Virus record (IMG/VR): IMGVR_UViG_3300025678_000009 | Coordinates: 1 to 64,000 of that record | Reading direction: 5' to 3' (one strand) | DNA length: 64,000 bases | Source: a virus | Taxonomy: Duplodnaviria; Caudoviricetes | Shown: positions 36,541 through 46,042 of the stretch, piece after piece | How the letters are laid out: every line of letters starts with the position of its first letter | Position numbering within the stretch: the first letter of the stretch is position 1 | The notes under the pieces: generated by a model | The model's input: the letters and a program-made list of their open reading frames with translations, nothing else | Told to the model about the DNA's origin: nothing | Database searches by the model: none | Position numbers and translations under genes: made by a program

Positions 36541-36606
36541 CCGATAACGGTATCGGGCTTGGCGCATGTATTTTTGGCGATTTTGAAACGATAAATTTTA
36601 AATAAA

Positions 36607-36714
36607 ATGGAAACAGCAAGAGAATTTACATTAAGGAAGTACCCTGAATTATGGGGTAAAAATCACAACGCAGGTGATATTATCAGAGCAATGGAAGAAT
36701 ATGCGAATTGGTAG
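36607..36714 (+). CDS. Short ORF (35 aa) after the truncated fifth attC
   Basis: METAREFTLRKYPELWGKNHNAGDIIRAMEEYANW with A-rich start context. Confidence 0.4.
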   Translation: METAREFTLRKYPELWGKNHNAGDIIRAMEEYANW

Positions 36715-36769
36715 AACGCTTCTATCATTGTCGATAGCACACTGAAAATATTTTTTTAATAAATAACAA

Positions 36770-37420
36770 ATGAATTATAAAATATACTCTATAGTTTATG
36801 ATGAAAATCAATTGCACGAATATGAAAAATATGATAATTCTCACATAAAGAGTTATGAAGATAAAAGCTATTTATTTGAATATAATTGTCTTATAGATAT
36901 TCTTGATAATTTTAATATAAATGAAGATTATTTAGGCATTTTTTCACACAAATTTCCATTCAAAACAGGATTATTCAAAAAAAAGTTATATTGGCTTTTA
37001 GAGAATAATCCTGATTTTGATATTTATGGACTATGTCCTCAACATGTTTTAAAGGGACAATATTTGGATTTTACTGAGAAAATGCATCCAGGATTTAAAA
37101 AAATATTTTATTCTTTATGTAAAGATTTAAACTTAAAAGTAGAAGAACCTAAATATGTTATTTATAGTAATTTTATGATAATGAAAACTTTCATTTATAA
37201 AGAATTTGTAAACGAAATTATTAAGCCTGCTATTTATTTATTAGAAACTAAATATAAAGAAGAAGCTTGGAAAAATAGTAATTATAATGGTTTGGAAAAA
37301 TCTAAACTAAAAATGTATACAGGGCTTGATTATTACCCTATGATAACCTTTATATTAGAACGACTTATCTCAATCTTTGTTTTAAATAATCCTAAATATT
37401 CTTTTAAAAATCTTATTTAA
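36770..37420 (+). CDS. DUF4422-like glycosyltransferase
   Basis: YLGIFSHKF...YSNFMIMKT...ITFILERLISIFV. Confidence 0.65.
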   Translation: MNYKIYSIVYDENQLHEYEKYDNSHIKSYEDKSYLFEYNCLIDILDNFNINEDYLGIFSHKFPFKTGLFKKKLYWLLENNPDFDIYGLCPQHVLKGQYLDFTEKMHPGFKKIFYSLCKDLNLKVEEPKYVIYSNFMIMKTFIYKEFVNEIIKPAIYLLETKYKEEAWKNSNYNGLEKSKLKMYTGLDYYPMITFILERLISIFVLNNPKYSFKNLI

Positions 37421-37426
37421 AAAATA

Positions 37427-37457
37427 TTTGATATTCCGATATAAATGACTATATTTA
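37427..37457 (+). promoter_or_regulatory. Bacteroidota-type promoter for the LAGLIDADG gene
   Basis: TTTG-N19-TATATTTA (one mismatch to TAnnTTTG). Confidence 0.45.
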
Positions 37458-37479
37458 TATCGAGAATAAAATATATACT

Positions 37480-38502
37480 ATGAGTAAGAAAAAATGGACA
37501 AATGAAAAAATAGAATGGTTAAAACAAAATTATGAAAATAAATCTATATCAAATTATGATATTGTGAAATATTTAAATATTGACTGGATAACAATAACTA
37601 AAAAAGCATCTCTTTTAAATCTAAAAAGAAAATTTAGAGAAAATTCTAAGTTATTTAATTTTAATACTACTATATGTGATGATTATAAAACAGGTAAAAG
37701 TATACCTAAATTAGCAATTGAATATAATTGTTCTAAAGATAGCATAAGACAAATTCTTATTAAAAATAACATTAATAGAAGATCTGCCCTAGAAAATAAA
37801 AGACAATTCTCTTACGATAAAAATTATTTTGAAAAAATTGATTCAAAAGATAAAGCCTATTTTTTAGGTTTATTATATGCTGATGGGAACGTGTTTGCTA
37901 AAACAGGATCTGTTCAATTATCTCTTCAAGAAAAAGATGGTTATATTTTAGAAAGATTTAAGGAATATATTAATTATGAAGGAAATCTCAAATATAAAAA
38001 TATAAAAGCAAATAAAAAAAATTCACAGAATATGTGGCTTTTTAGAATAACTAGTATAGAACTATGCAAACAATTAATAAAATTAGGTTGTGTTCCAAGA
38101 AAATCCCTTATTTTAACTTTTCCAACAGAAGAACAAGTTCCAAAAGAATTTCAATCTCATTTTATTAGAGGGTTTTTTGACGGAGATGGGTGTATTTATA
38201 TCAGCAATAAAAGCATAAGTTCATCTTTCACATCAACAAAAGAATTTTTGCAGGAAGTACAAAAAATTTTAATCAAAGAAGTTTCTTTAAATCTAACAAA
38301 ATTAACTCGTAAAAAAGCAAATAAAAATACTTATAGTTTCAATATAAGTGGATTTTACCCCTTAAAACGTTTATATGAATATTTATATAAAGATTGTGAT
38401 GATTTGTATTTAGAAAGAAAAAAAGAAAAAATCCATGAATTTACTCCACAAAGAAAGGAAAGAAAAACTTCTGAAAAATATAAAATGAGTTTAATTGTTT
38501 AG
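37480..38502 (+). CDS. Free-standing two-motif LAGLIDADG homing endonuclease
   Basis: AYFLGLLYADG and HFIRGFFDGDGCI motifs; N-terminal HTH-like repeats. Confidence 0.9.
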   Translation: MSKKKWTNEKIEWLKQNYENKSISNYDIVKYLNIDWITITKKASLLNLKRKFRENSKLFNFNTTICDDYKTGKSIPKLAIEYNCSKDSIRQILIKNNINRRSALENKRQFSYDKNYFEKIDSKDKAYFLGLLYADGNVFAKTGSVQLSLQEKDGYILERFKEYINYEGNLKYKNIKANKKNSQNMWLFRITSIELCKQLIKLGCVPRKSLILTFPTEEQVPKEFQSHFIRGFFDGDGCIYISNKSISSSFTSTKEFLQEVQKILIKEVSLNLTKLTRKKANKNTYSFNISGFYPLKRLYEYLYKDCDDLYLERKKEKIHEFTPQRKERKTSEKYKMSLIV

Positions 38503-38547
38503 AAAGATTATTTTCAATTTGGATAGAAAACAAAAATTATAAGATAT

Positions 38548-39966
38548 ATGAATACTAAAAGAAAAGTAAAGGATTACATGGGGCAAGATGTGGCTATTTA
38601 TTGTTCTTCTAAAGAAGAATGGGATAAAATAGTTGATTTATTTGACAGCCCCACAGTAAAAAAACATTATTGGGAAAATTTTATCAATGGGGGAAAGTCA
38701 GATACTATTAGAATAACAGGGTGTGGGTGGAGTCCTAAAGAACATTTTATTAAAAAAAATTATACCATTTATCCAGCATTTGATTTTTTAGAAGAAGATA
38801 AACCATTTAATGTAGGAGGTTTAGTTTATTTAGAAAAACACTATAAACATGAAACGGAAAGTAGAGACTATTCTATTGATTTACCTTTGAATTCCCCTTT
38901 AGAAATTAAAAGTATAGATTTTACTTCAAATGTTTATAATAATAGACAAAAAGAATGGACATTATGGTTTAAAGGTAAATCACTTGAATATCCTGCTTGT
39001 AAATTTAAATTGTGGCAAAACACTAGCGAATTACAAGAAATTAAACCAAAGGTAGAAATGTTACCTTATCCAACAGATAAGAAATATTTTAAAGCAGTTG
39101 TTACTAAAGATATTCATAAAAAGGATTTAGTTACTAAAGGGAATATACCCGAATTAATACCTAAAGGGTATCAAACTTGGTTTATATTAGATGGTACACT
39201 TTGGGAAGAAAGGATATTATCAAAGGAAGATGATGTGTGTCCAGAAAATAATAGATGGGGTGCAAATATTCCTGCTGAATATTTTGAAATAGTAGAAGAT
39301 AAAAAAGCTTTTAAATTTGAAGAAGGTAAATGGTATTCTTTTAATTGGGATTGGCATAGTTCTAATTCCCCAGTTATAGCTAAAATAAAAAATGTATTTG
39401 AAAATTCCATTAATGTAAGTTGGAGAAGTTATTTGTGGGGAGAAAACGATTATGATACATCAGGTACATATCTCTTTGAAGATATTTCAAATATCAAAGA
39501 GTTATCAATAGAACAAGTACAACAATATCTCCCAGAAGGTCATCCTGATAAATTCAAAGTTGAAACACCTATTAATAATACTCCATTCAAAGTAGGGGAT
39601 TATATAACGATAATTGACGCTAAAACTAATAAAAGTGAATCTATTGGAGATGTATTAAAAATAACTGAAATAATTGATGAAGGGAAAAATTATGGATTAT
39701 GGTTCAAACATATTCCAGAATCATTTTCAGGAGGAGGTTTTAGATATAATACGTATAAAGACAAGATTAGACGAAGTACTCCCGAAGAAGTAAAAAATTC
39801 ACTTATAGTTTCTCAATATCCGTTAACCCCCAAACAATGTTTTGAAGCAAAACCCTTAATTAAAAATAGAAACCCTGTAGTAAAAGAAACTATCAAAAAG
39901 AGAAATAGATTAGAAATTAAACCAATTAAACAAACGATTAAATTAAAACATTATGTCAACATCTAA
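38548..39966 (+). CDS. Mosaic multi-module hypothetical protein
   Basis: Series of short SH3-like/beta modules (FNVGGLVY, FEEGKWY, FKVGDYI). Confidence 0.55.
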   Translation: MNTKRKVKDYMGQDVAIYCSSKEEWDKIVDLFDSPTVKKHYWENFINGGKSDTIRITGCGWSPKEHFIKKNYTIYPAFDFLEEDKPFNVGGLVYLEKHYKHETESRDYSIDLPLNSPLEIKSIDFTSNVYNNRQKEWTLWFKGKSLEYPACKFKLWQNTSELQEIKPKVEMLPYPTDKKYFKAVVTKDIHKKDLVTKGNIPELIPKGYQTWFILDGTLWEERILSKEDDVCPENNRWGANIPAEYFEIVEDKKAFKFEEGKWYSFNWDWHSSNSPVIAKIKNVFENSINVSWRSYLWGENDYDTSGTYLFEDISNIKELSIEQVQQYLPEGHPDKFKVETPINNTPFKVGDYITIIDAKTNKSESIGDVLKITEIIDEGKNYGLWFKHIPESFSGGGFRYNTYKDKIRRSTPEEVKNSLIVSQYPLTPKQCFEAKPLIKNRNPVVKETIKKRNRLEIKPIKQTIKLKHYVNI

Positions 39967-40348
39967 AAAAGTATCAAAATTTGTAGCAGCTAATTTGAAA
40001 AAATTAAACAAAACTGAAAAAGAAGTTCAACAAGAAAAAATTGAAAGATTCGTAGAAGATGCAACAATTGAAGCAGAAACTCAAATTGCAATTATTAAAA
40101 CTTCAACTCTACCTAGATTAGAGAATGAATTGAAGCGATTAGAAATTAATTTGAAAAGAGAAAAAGATAATTTTGAGGAGGCAAGATTTTCAGTAGCTAA
40201 TTCTTTTGCTGAATATGTATCTAAACGAGAAAGAGTTTTAGATGAAATTGATGGAATCAACGCTTTAATCTCTCACAAAAAAGAGGATATTGAAAATGCT
40301 AAAGCAGAATTAGCAACATTGGAATCAATTTTAGAAGATTTAAAATAA
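39953..40348 (+). CDS. Coiled-coil hypothetical protein
   Basis: Heptad-rich; followed by a hairpin at about 40371-40396. Confidence 0.55.
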   Translation: MSTSKKVSKFVAANLKKLNKTEKEVQQEKIERFVEDATIEAETQIAIIKTSTLPRLENELKRLEINLKREKDNFEEARFSVANSFAEYVSKRERVLDEIDGINALISHKKEDIENAKAELATLESILEDLK

Positions 40349-40411
40349 GATTAACAATTTGATAGTTTTAAAAGGTAGGTGAAATATCCCACCTTTTATT
40401 ATTTTTATTGT

Positions 40412-41704
40412 ATGATTACAATATACACCATTTGTTTTAATGAAGAATTAATCTTACCATTTTTTGTTAAATGGTATAGAAAAAAATTCCCAAATTGTAG
40501 AATAATAATTTATGATAATTATTCTACAGACTCTACAGAAAAAATAGCTTTACAAAATAATTGTCAAGTTATAAAGTATGATTCTAATAATCAAATTAGA
40601 GATGATTTATACTTAAACATAAAAAATAATTGTTGGAAAGATGCTGAAACTGATTGGGTTTTAGTTTGCGATGTTGATGAACTTCTCGATATAAATCAAA
40701 CACAATTAATTGGGGAAAATTGTAGTATTATCCTTTCAAAAGGATATAATATGATTAATATAGAAGATAATTTAGATTTAGAATCAATTAACTATGGAAT
40801 AAGGGCAAAGCAATATGATAAATATTACTTATTTAATAGATTAAAAATCAAGGAAATAAATTATGAAGCAGGATGTCACTCTTCAAATCCTGTTGGGGAA
40901 GTTATATTTAGTAAAAATATTTACAATTTGTATCACTACAATATGTTAAGTGAGCAATATCTTATAAATAGATATAAAAGAAATTTTGAAAGACTTTCCA
41001 AAGAAAATAAGAAAAATGGATGGGGAATTCACTATAAAGAGAATGAACAAACTATTAAAGATAAATTTAAAGTAGCTAAACAATGGTTTAGTGAAAATAA
41101 GACATTTAACCCAGAACAAGCAATAAATATTAAAATGATACAACATAATTATACAGAAATAGAAGGTTGGTTTAATATGGAAAATCAATACCTCGAATTA
41201 TTAGAGAATACTCCAGATGGAGGAATATTTGTAGAATTAGGAACATATAAAGGTAAATCTACTTCATTTATCGTTACAGAAATGTTAAATAAGGGTAGAA
41301 ATGTTAAATTTTATACTGTAGATACATTTCAAGGAGATAGTGGTTCTACAGATAAACAAGAAGTAGAAGCATATACAAAAGTAAATGTTTCTAAAATGTA
41401 TGAAGAATTCAAACAAAATACTAAACATTTAGAAGGTAAATTTACTACAATGGTAAATTATTCAGATGAGGCTACTGAATATTTTTTAGACAATTCTGTA
41501 AATTCATTATTCATAGATGCAGGACACTCCTATGAAGCTGTATTAAAAGATATTACAGCTTGGTTGCCTAAAATGAAGAATGGCGGAATTATGTCAGGAC
41601 ATGATTATAATAGTTGGGAGGGAGTTAAAAAAGCAGTGAATGAATTGTTAGGAACTCCTGATAAAGTAGAAAATGATTGTTGGTTTGTAAAAATTAAAAA
41701 ATGA
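40412..41704 (+). CDS. GT-A glycosyltransferase fused to class I SAM methyltransferase
   Basis: IYDNYSTD...WVLVCDVDE (GT-A DxD); FVELGTYKGKST...LFIDAGHSYEAVLKDITAWLPKMKNGGIMSGHDY (Methyltransf_24-like); ATG at 40412. Confidence 0.85.
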   Translation: MITIYTICFNEELILPFFVKWYRKKFPNCRIIIYDNYSTDSTEKIALQNNCQVIKYDSNNQIRDDLYLNIKNNCWKDAETDWVLVCDVDELLDINQTQLIGENCSIILSKGYNMINIEDNLDLESINYGIRAKQYDKYYLFNRLKIKEINYEAGCHSSNPVGEVIFSKNIYNLYHYNMLSEQYLINRYKRNFERLSKENKKNGWGIHYKENEQTIKDKFKVAKQWFSENKTFNPEQAINIKMIQHNYTEIEGWFNMENQYLELLENTPDGGIFVELGTYKGKSTSFIVTEMLNKGRNVKFYTVDTFQGDSGSTDKQEVEAYTKVNVSKMYEEFKQNTKHLEGKFTTMVNYSDEATEYFLDNSVNSLFIDAGHSYEAVLKDITAWLPKMKNGGIMSGHDYNSWEGVKKAVNELLGTPDKVENDCWFVKIKK

Positions 41705-42519
41705 AATATTTTATTGATACAGAATTTGTCGAAGGAACACAGGATAAAACGATATTTGGAATTAAATATAGTAAAACAAAACCAACTATTGATTTAATTA
41801 GTATTGCTTTAGTCTCAGAGGATGGTCGTGAATATTACGCTATTTCAAAAGATTTTAATTTAAAAGAAGCTTGGAATAGATATGATATTAAAGTAGAAAC
41901 TATGTCAGGAGATGCTAGAAATATATATCCTGAAGGAAGAAAGTATAAAGAATGTTGGATTAGAGATAATGTATTAATGCCTATATTTATAGAATTAAAA
42001 GAAAAAGAAACTTATGATGAAAATAATTCAGAGTTTAAACCTTTTTTTGATAAAGATTTAATAAAAGAAATGATTATTAAACTTTGGGAATTAAATACTG
42101 ATAAAGAAAATTATAAAGAAATAAAAAGGCTTATTAATAAGTATGGTAAATCTAATAAACAAATAGCAGAAGAAATATTAGAGTTTGTTTATAACTTTGC
42201 TGTTACTGGTTATCCAAAAGAAAACACAGATAAAATAGTTCCTAAAGATATAGAATTTTATGGTTATTATTCTGATTATGATTGGGTAGTTTTTTGTTGG
42301 TTGTTTGGTTATATGAAAGATTTACCTAAAGGATTTCCTATGTATTGTATTGATTTAAAACAAGAGTTGAATACAATTGAACAATTTCAAAAAGAAAAAC
42401 AAATATTTTTTCTACCTTTAAAAGAATATGAAAAATACCCAAAACAAATTAATGAACATAATGCTTTAGCAGATGCTAAATGGAATTTTGAACTTTATAA
42501 ATTTTTAGAACAATTATAA
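41701..42519 (+). CDS. DEDDh 3'-5' exonuclease (Rv2179c/DUF5051-like)
   Basis: YFIDTEF...LISIALV...YSDYDWV...HNALADAKW. Confidence 0.85.
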   Translation: MKYFIDTEFVEGTQDKTIFGIKYSKTKPTIDLISIALVSEDGREYYAISKDFNLKEAWNRYDIKVETMSGDARNIYPEGRKYKECWIRDNVLMPIFIELKEKETYDENNSEFKPFFDKDLIKEMIIKLWELNTDKENYKEIKRLINKYGKSNKQIAEEILEFVYNFAVTGYPKENTDKIVPKDIEFYGYYSDYDWVVFCWLFGYMKDLPKGFPMYCIDLKQELNTIEQFQKEKQIFFLPLKEYEKYPKQINEHNALADAKWNFELYKFLEQL

Positions 42520-42522
42520 AAA

Positions 42523-43104
42523 ATGAAAGAAATAACAGAAACAGGATATTGGAATGGAGAAACAGCACATTTACATCATGTGCATTGTAAAGAATTAAGT
42601 AAATGGATATGTGAGTTTTTAAACGAAAGGGTATTTAGTTATGAACCTATTAGAGATTTAGGTTGTGGTTTAGGTAATTATCTAAAAGACTTACAGAAAT
42701 TTGGATTTGAAAATTTAGTAGGATTTGAAGCAGATATTCCAAAAAATAAAACATTTGATAGAATTATTGAACATGATTTAACTAAAGAATTAATATTTAG
42801 TCCAAAAGGAGTAATTATCAGTCTTGAAGTAGGGGAACATATACCTGCTGAATACATGAATATTTATTTAGATAACATTTGTAATAACTGTAATAATTAT
42901 TTAATTACTTCTTGGGCTATTAGAGGACAAGCAGGATTTGGTCATGTAAATTGCCTTGATAATCATGAAATTATACCTGAAATAGAAAGAAGAGGATTTA
43001 AACTACTTAAACAAGAAACTGAAGAAGTTAGGAATATAGATCTATCTGAAGCCCCCTGGTTTAAAAATACACTTTTCATCTTTAAAAGACATGATATTAA
43101 ATAA
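42523..43104 (+). CDS. Class I SAM-dependent methyltransferase
   Basis: IRDLGCGLG...SLEVGEHIP...GQAGFGHVNC. Confidence 0.85.
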   Translation: MKEITETGYWNGETAHLHHVHCKELSKWICEFLNERVFSYEPIRDLGCGLGNYLKDLQKFGFENLVGFEADIPKNKTFDRIIEHDLTKELIFSPKGVIISLEVGEHIPAEYMNIYLDNICNNCNNYLITSWAIRGQAGFGHVNCLDNHEIIPEIERRGFKLLKQETEEVRNIDLSEAPWFKNTLFIFKRHDIK

Positions 43105-43109
43105 AATAT

Positions 43110-43469
43110 ATGAACACAACAATCAATGTAATACCTAAAAAAGAAAGAATTAAAGTATATGAACGTGCTTTAGAAATAATAGAAAATGAAGAAGATGTAT
43201 ATGAATTAGGAAAAGCTTATGGATTATGCCTTTTGTTAAGATGCATAGATTCTAATTTGAATTCATACTTAGCAACGTATGATTTTAGAGGAATTTATTG
43301 GCATCATAACGAAACTCCAGATTTATATCCAGAGTTTAAAAGATATTATAACTGTGAACCAAGAAAGTTTATAGAATTATATGAATCTAACAGAGATGTT
43401 TGGAGAAGAGTAGTTCTAAGATTGATTTTAGAAAAAATGGGTGTAGATACAATTAAATTAGATGAATGA
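43110..43469 (+). CDS. Hypothetical protein
   Basis: ORF track. Confidence 0.5.
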   Translation: MNTTINVIPKKERIKVYERALEIIENEEDVYELGKAYGLCLLLRCIDSNLNSYLATYDFRGIYWHHNETPDLYPEFKRYYNCEPRKFIELYESNRDVWRRVVLRLILEKMGVDTIKLDE

Positions 43470-44509
43470 TGAATTTTAGAGAACAAGTGCAAAAAGAAGC
43501 AAGTGAAACTTTATTAAAATTTGATTGTGGTACAGCTAATGTAGCAATGAGGCTTGGTAAAACAGTTTTAGGTCTCAAAATAGCATCAAATTTTAATAAA
43601 GTTCTTGTTTCTTATCCTATAGATGGAATTAAAAAAGGTTGGGTATCTGATGCTGAAGAATTTGGATTCGATATTTCTAACATCACTTTTACAACACATC
43701 TTAGTTTATCCAAACATAATTTATCTCAATTTGATTGTATTATCTTGGATGAATTGCATGATATCTCTATTAATAATTGGAACTATATTGCATTATCCAC
43801 CTATAAACGATTATATGGATTGACAGCAACTCCTCCTAATAGAGGTGAAAAGAAATCATATATGAATATGTATTGTCCTGTCAGATATACAAAAACTATG
43901 GATGAAACTACAGGAATAACTAATAAAGATTATGAAATTATAGTACATCTTGTAAAACCAAGTGAAAAAAGAGATATTCCCTTAAAATCAGGTAAATTTT
44001 GGAGTGAAAAAGCTCAAATTGATTTTTATACAGCTAAATATCAATCTACTAAACAATTCTCAATGATGTTAATGCTCATTAGAGCTATTCAAAATTCTAA
44101 AACTAAGTTTGAATATCTTAAAAAACTTGCAAAAAGTTTAGATAGAGGATTAATATTTGTAGAATCAATTGAACAATGTAATAGTTTACCTTATCCAAGT
44201 GTACATAGTAAAAATTCTGAATCTGAATATAATTTAGAGCAATTCAAACAAGGAAATATACCTATTTTATCATCTATAGGGCAATTAAAAGCAGGTATAA
44301 CATTTAAAAATTTGAATACTTGTATAATTTTACATTGTTATAGTAGTAATAATAAAGCTATCCAAAAGATAGGAAGAGCCTTAAATTATGTAGATGGAGA
44401 AAAAGCTAATATTCATATATTATGTTTAGATAATACAATAGATATTGATTGGTGTAAAAAAGGATTATCAGATTTAGAACAAACAAAAATAAAATGGATT
44501 AAAGTATGA
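43466..44509 (+). CDS. Superfamily 2 (DExH) helicase
   Basis: AMRLGKT (Walker A variant), ILDELH, GLTATP, QKIGRAL. Confidence 0.85.
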   Translation: MMNFREQVQKEASETLLKFDCGTANVAMRLGKTVLGLKIASNFNKVLVSYPIDGIKKGWVSDAEEFGFDISNITFTTHLSLSKHNLSQFDCIILDELHDISINNWNYIALSTYKRLYGLTATPPNRGEKKSYMNMYCPVRYTKTMDETTGITNKDYEIIVHLVKPSEKRDIPLKSGKFWSEKAQIDFYTAKYQSTKQFSMMLMLIRAIQNSKTKFEYLKKLAKSLDRGLIFVESIEQCNSLPYPSVHSKNSESEYNLEQFKQGNIPILSSIGQLKAGITFKNLNTCIILHCYSSNNKAIQKIGRALNYVDGEKANIHILCLDNTIDIDWCKKGLSDLEQTKIKWIKV

Positions 44510-45798
44510 ATTATTTAAAAATATCCAATAAAGGATTATTAGATATAGAAGCTCTTACGTTATTAGGGGCTTCTTCAAAAAGAGGTGATAGTACAAAAAT
44601 AGGAATGTTTGGTAGTGGGAATAAATTTGCTTTAGCTTATTTATTAAGGAATAATTATAATATAAAAATATTTAGTGGAAAGAATGAAATCAAATTGTCA
44701 ACTGTTCAAAAAAGATTCAGAGATAAAGATTTTAATGTTATTTTGGTAAATGGTAAAGAAACATCTATAACTACTGATTTTGGAAAAGACTGGAATTTAG
44801 CACAAGCTATTAGAGAGATATATTGTAATTCTATAGATGAAGGAGAACACACTTTAGAATTTGTAAAAGATGTTATACTGGAAGACAATAAAACATCTTT
44901 TTATATAAAATCACAACCAGAAATTACTAATTATATTTCCAATTTTGATAATTATTTTGCAGAAAATAAAAAAGTATTATTTGAATGTCCCTATGGTAAA
45001 ATTTTAGAAAAAGGAGGAGATAAATTAAATTTATATAGAAAAGGTATTAGATGTATGGAAACGGATAAACAATCTATATATGATTATGATTTAACAGAAG
45101 TTGAAATTGATGAAAATAGATTAGTTAAATATACTTGGCAAATAGCTTCTAAAATATGGAATTTGATATACCAATGTACAAATAAAGAAGTAATTATGAA
45201 CATTTTGACTAATTGTTCAAATAATCAATTTATAGAATGTATACCTTCCGACTTTCAATCTGTTAATAATTCTTTAATGTCCAAAGAATATAAAGAATGT
45301 TTGAAAAATGTTACAATAGCTCCAAGAGCTATGGCAGGTCTATTATCTATAGAAGAACAGGCATCAAGTGTTATTTTACCTGATACAATCTATAATCATG
45401 CCCTTAGTATTTTAGACAATAATAATATTGCTTCTAAATTTAAAATTTATAAAGACGGTTTTTATGTAGAAATACCTATGACTCCTTTATACCAATCTTC
45501 TTTGGAAAAAGCAATTGATTTTTTTGTAGAATGTAACTATAAAGAAGTATTAGATTACGATATAATCATAGCAAGATTTGAAAAAAAAGATATATTAGGA
45601 TTAGCAGATATCCAAAATCAAAAAATTTTATTATCTGAAATTTGTATGGAAAGTGGATTACAAACTATAATAGAAACGCTTATAGAAGAATATATTCATT
45701 TAAAATACGAAGTAAAAGACGAAACAAGAGGGTTTCAAGATGCAACTATAAAAGAATTAGTTAAATTGTTAAAAGTAAAAAATAGTTATTTAATTTAA
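44506..45798 (+). CDS. GHKL-type ATPase domain protein with C-terminal metallopeptidase-like segment
   Basis: IGMFGSGNKFA and IREIYCNSIDE (GHKL motifs in permuted order); LIEEYIH near the C-terminus. Confidence 0.6.
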   Translation: MNYLKISNKGLLDIEALTLLGASSKRGDSTKIGMFGSGNKFALAYLLRNNYNIKIFSGKNEIKLSTVQKRFRDKDFNVILVNGKETSITTDFGKDWNLAQAIREIYCNSIDEGEHTLEFVKDVILEDNKTSFYIKSQPEITNYISNFDNYFAENKKVLFECPYGKILEKGGDKLNLYRKGIRCMETDKQSIYDYDLTEVEIDENRLVKYTWQIASKIWNLIYQCTNKEVIMNILTNCSNNQFIECIPSDFQSVNNSLMSKEYKECLKNVTIAPRAMAGLLSIEEQASSVILPDTIYNHALSILDNNNIASKFKIYKDGFYVEIPMTPLYQSSLEKAIDFFVECNYKEVLDYDIIIARFEKKDILGLADIQNQKILLSEICMESGLQTIIETLIEEYIHLKYEVKDETRGFQDATIKELVKLLKVKNSYLI

Positions 45799-45809
45799 AA
45801 TAAAATAAA

Positions 45810-45966
45810 ATGTCAAAGATTAAAATTACAGAAGAACAAATTGAAATTAATGGTAAAACATATAAAAGTACCCATAAATTTTGAAAATTCTCAAAATTCA
45901 TATAGATATGGAAATGGAGAAGGAAATGGAAATGGATATGGATATGAAAGACAAATAATTTTTTAA
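45810..45966 (+). pseudogene. Frameshifted small GxGxG-repeat gene
   Basis: MSKIKITEEQIEINGKTYK, then +1 shift at AAAA 45864-45867 into VPINF...YGNGEGNGNGYGYE. Confidence 0.45.
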
Positions 45967-46042
45967 AAAAATCAATAATTACAATAAAGGACAAATTTTA
46001 TTAAATTTGTCCTTTATTATATTTTTTATAAAAATTAAACTT

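Larger units (their letters stand above)
34629..36548 (+). mobile_element. Integron-like gene cassette array (5 cassettes, 4 complete attC-like sites, no integrase in window)
   Basis: Every cassette starts GTTA... and ends ...TAAC, with 13-14/15-nt complementarity between its own two ends for A, B, D and E (10 nt plus GGCAA across a bulge for C); palindromic arms lie between cassettes. Confidence 0.8.

Noticed and set aside
34629-36548. CRISPR array interpretation of the repeated GTT...AAC elements
   Set aside because: The elements are not identical direct repeats, they vary from 77 to 133 bp, and the intervening units are whole genes; no cas genes are present.
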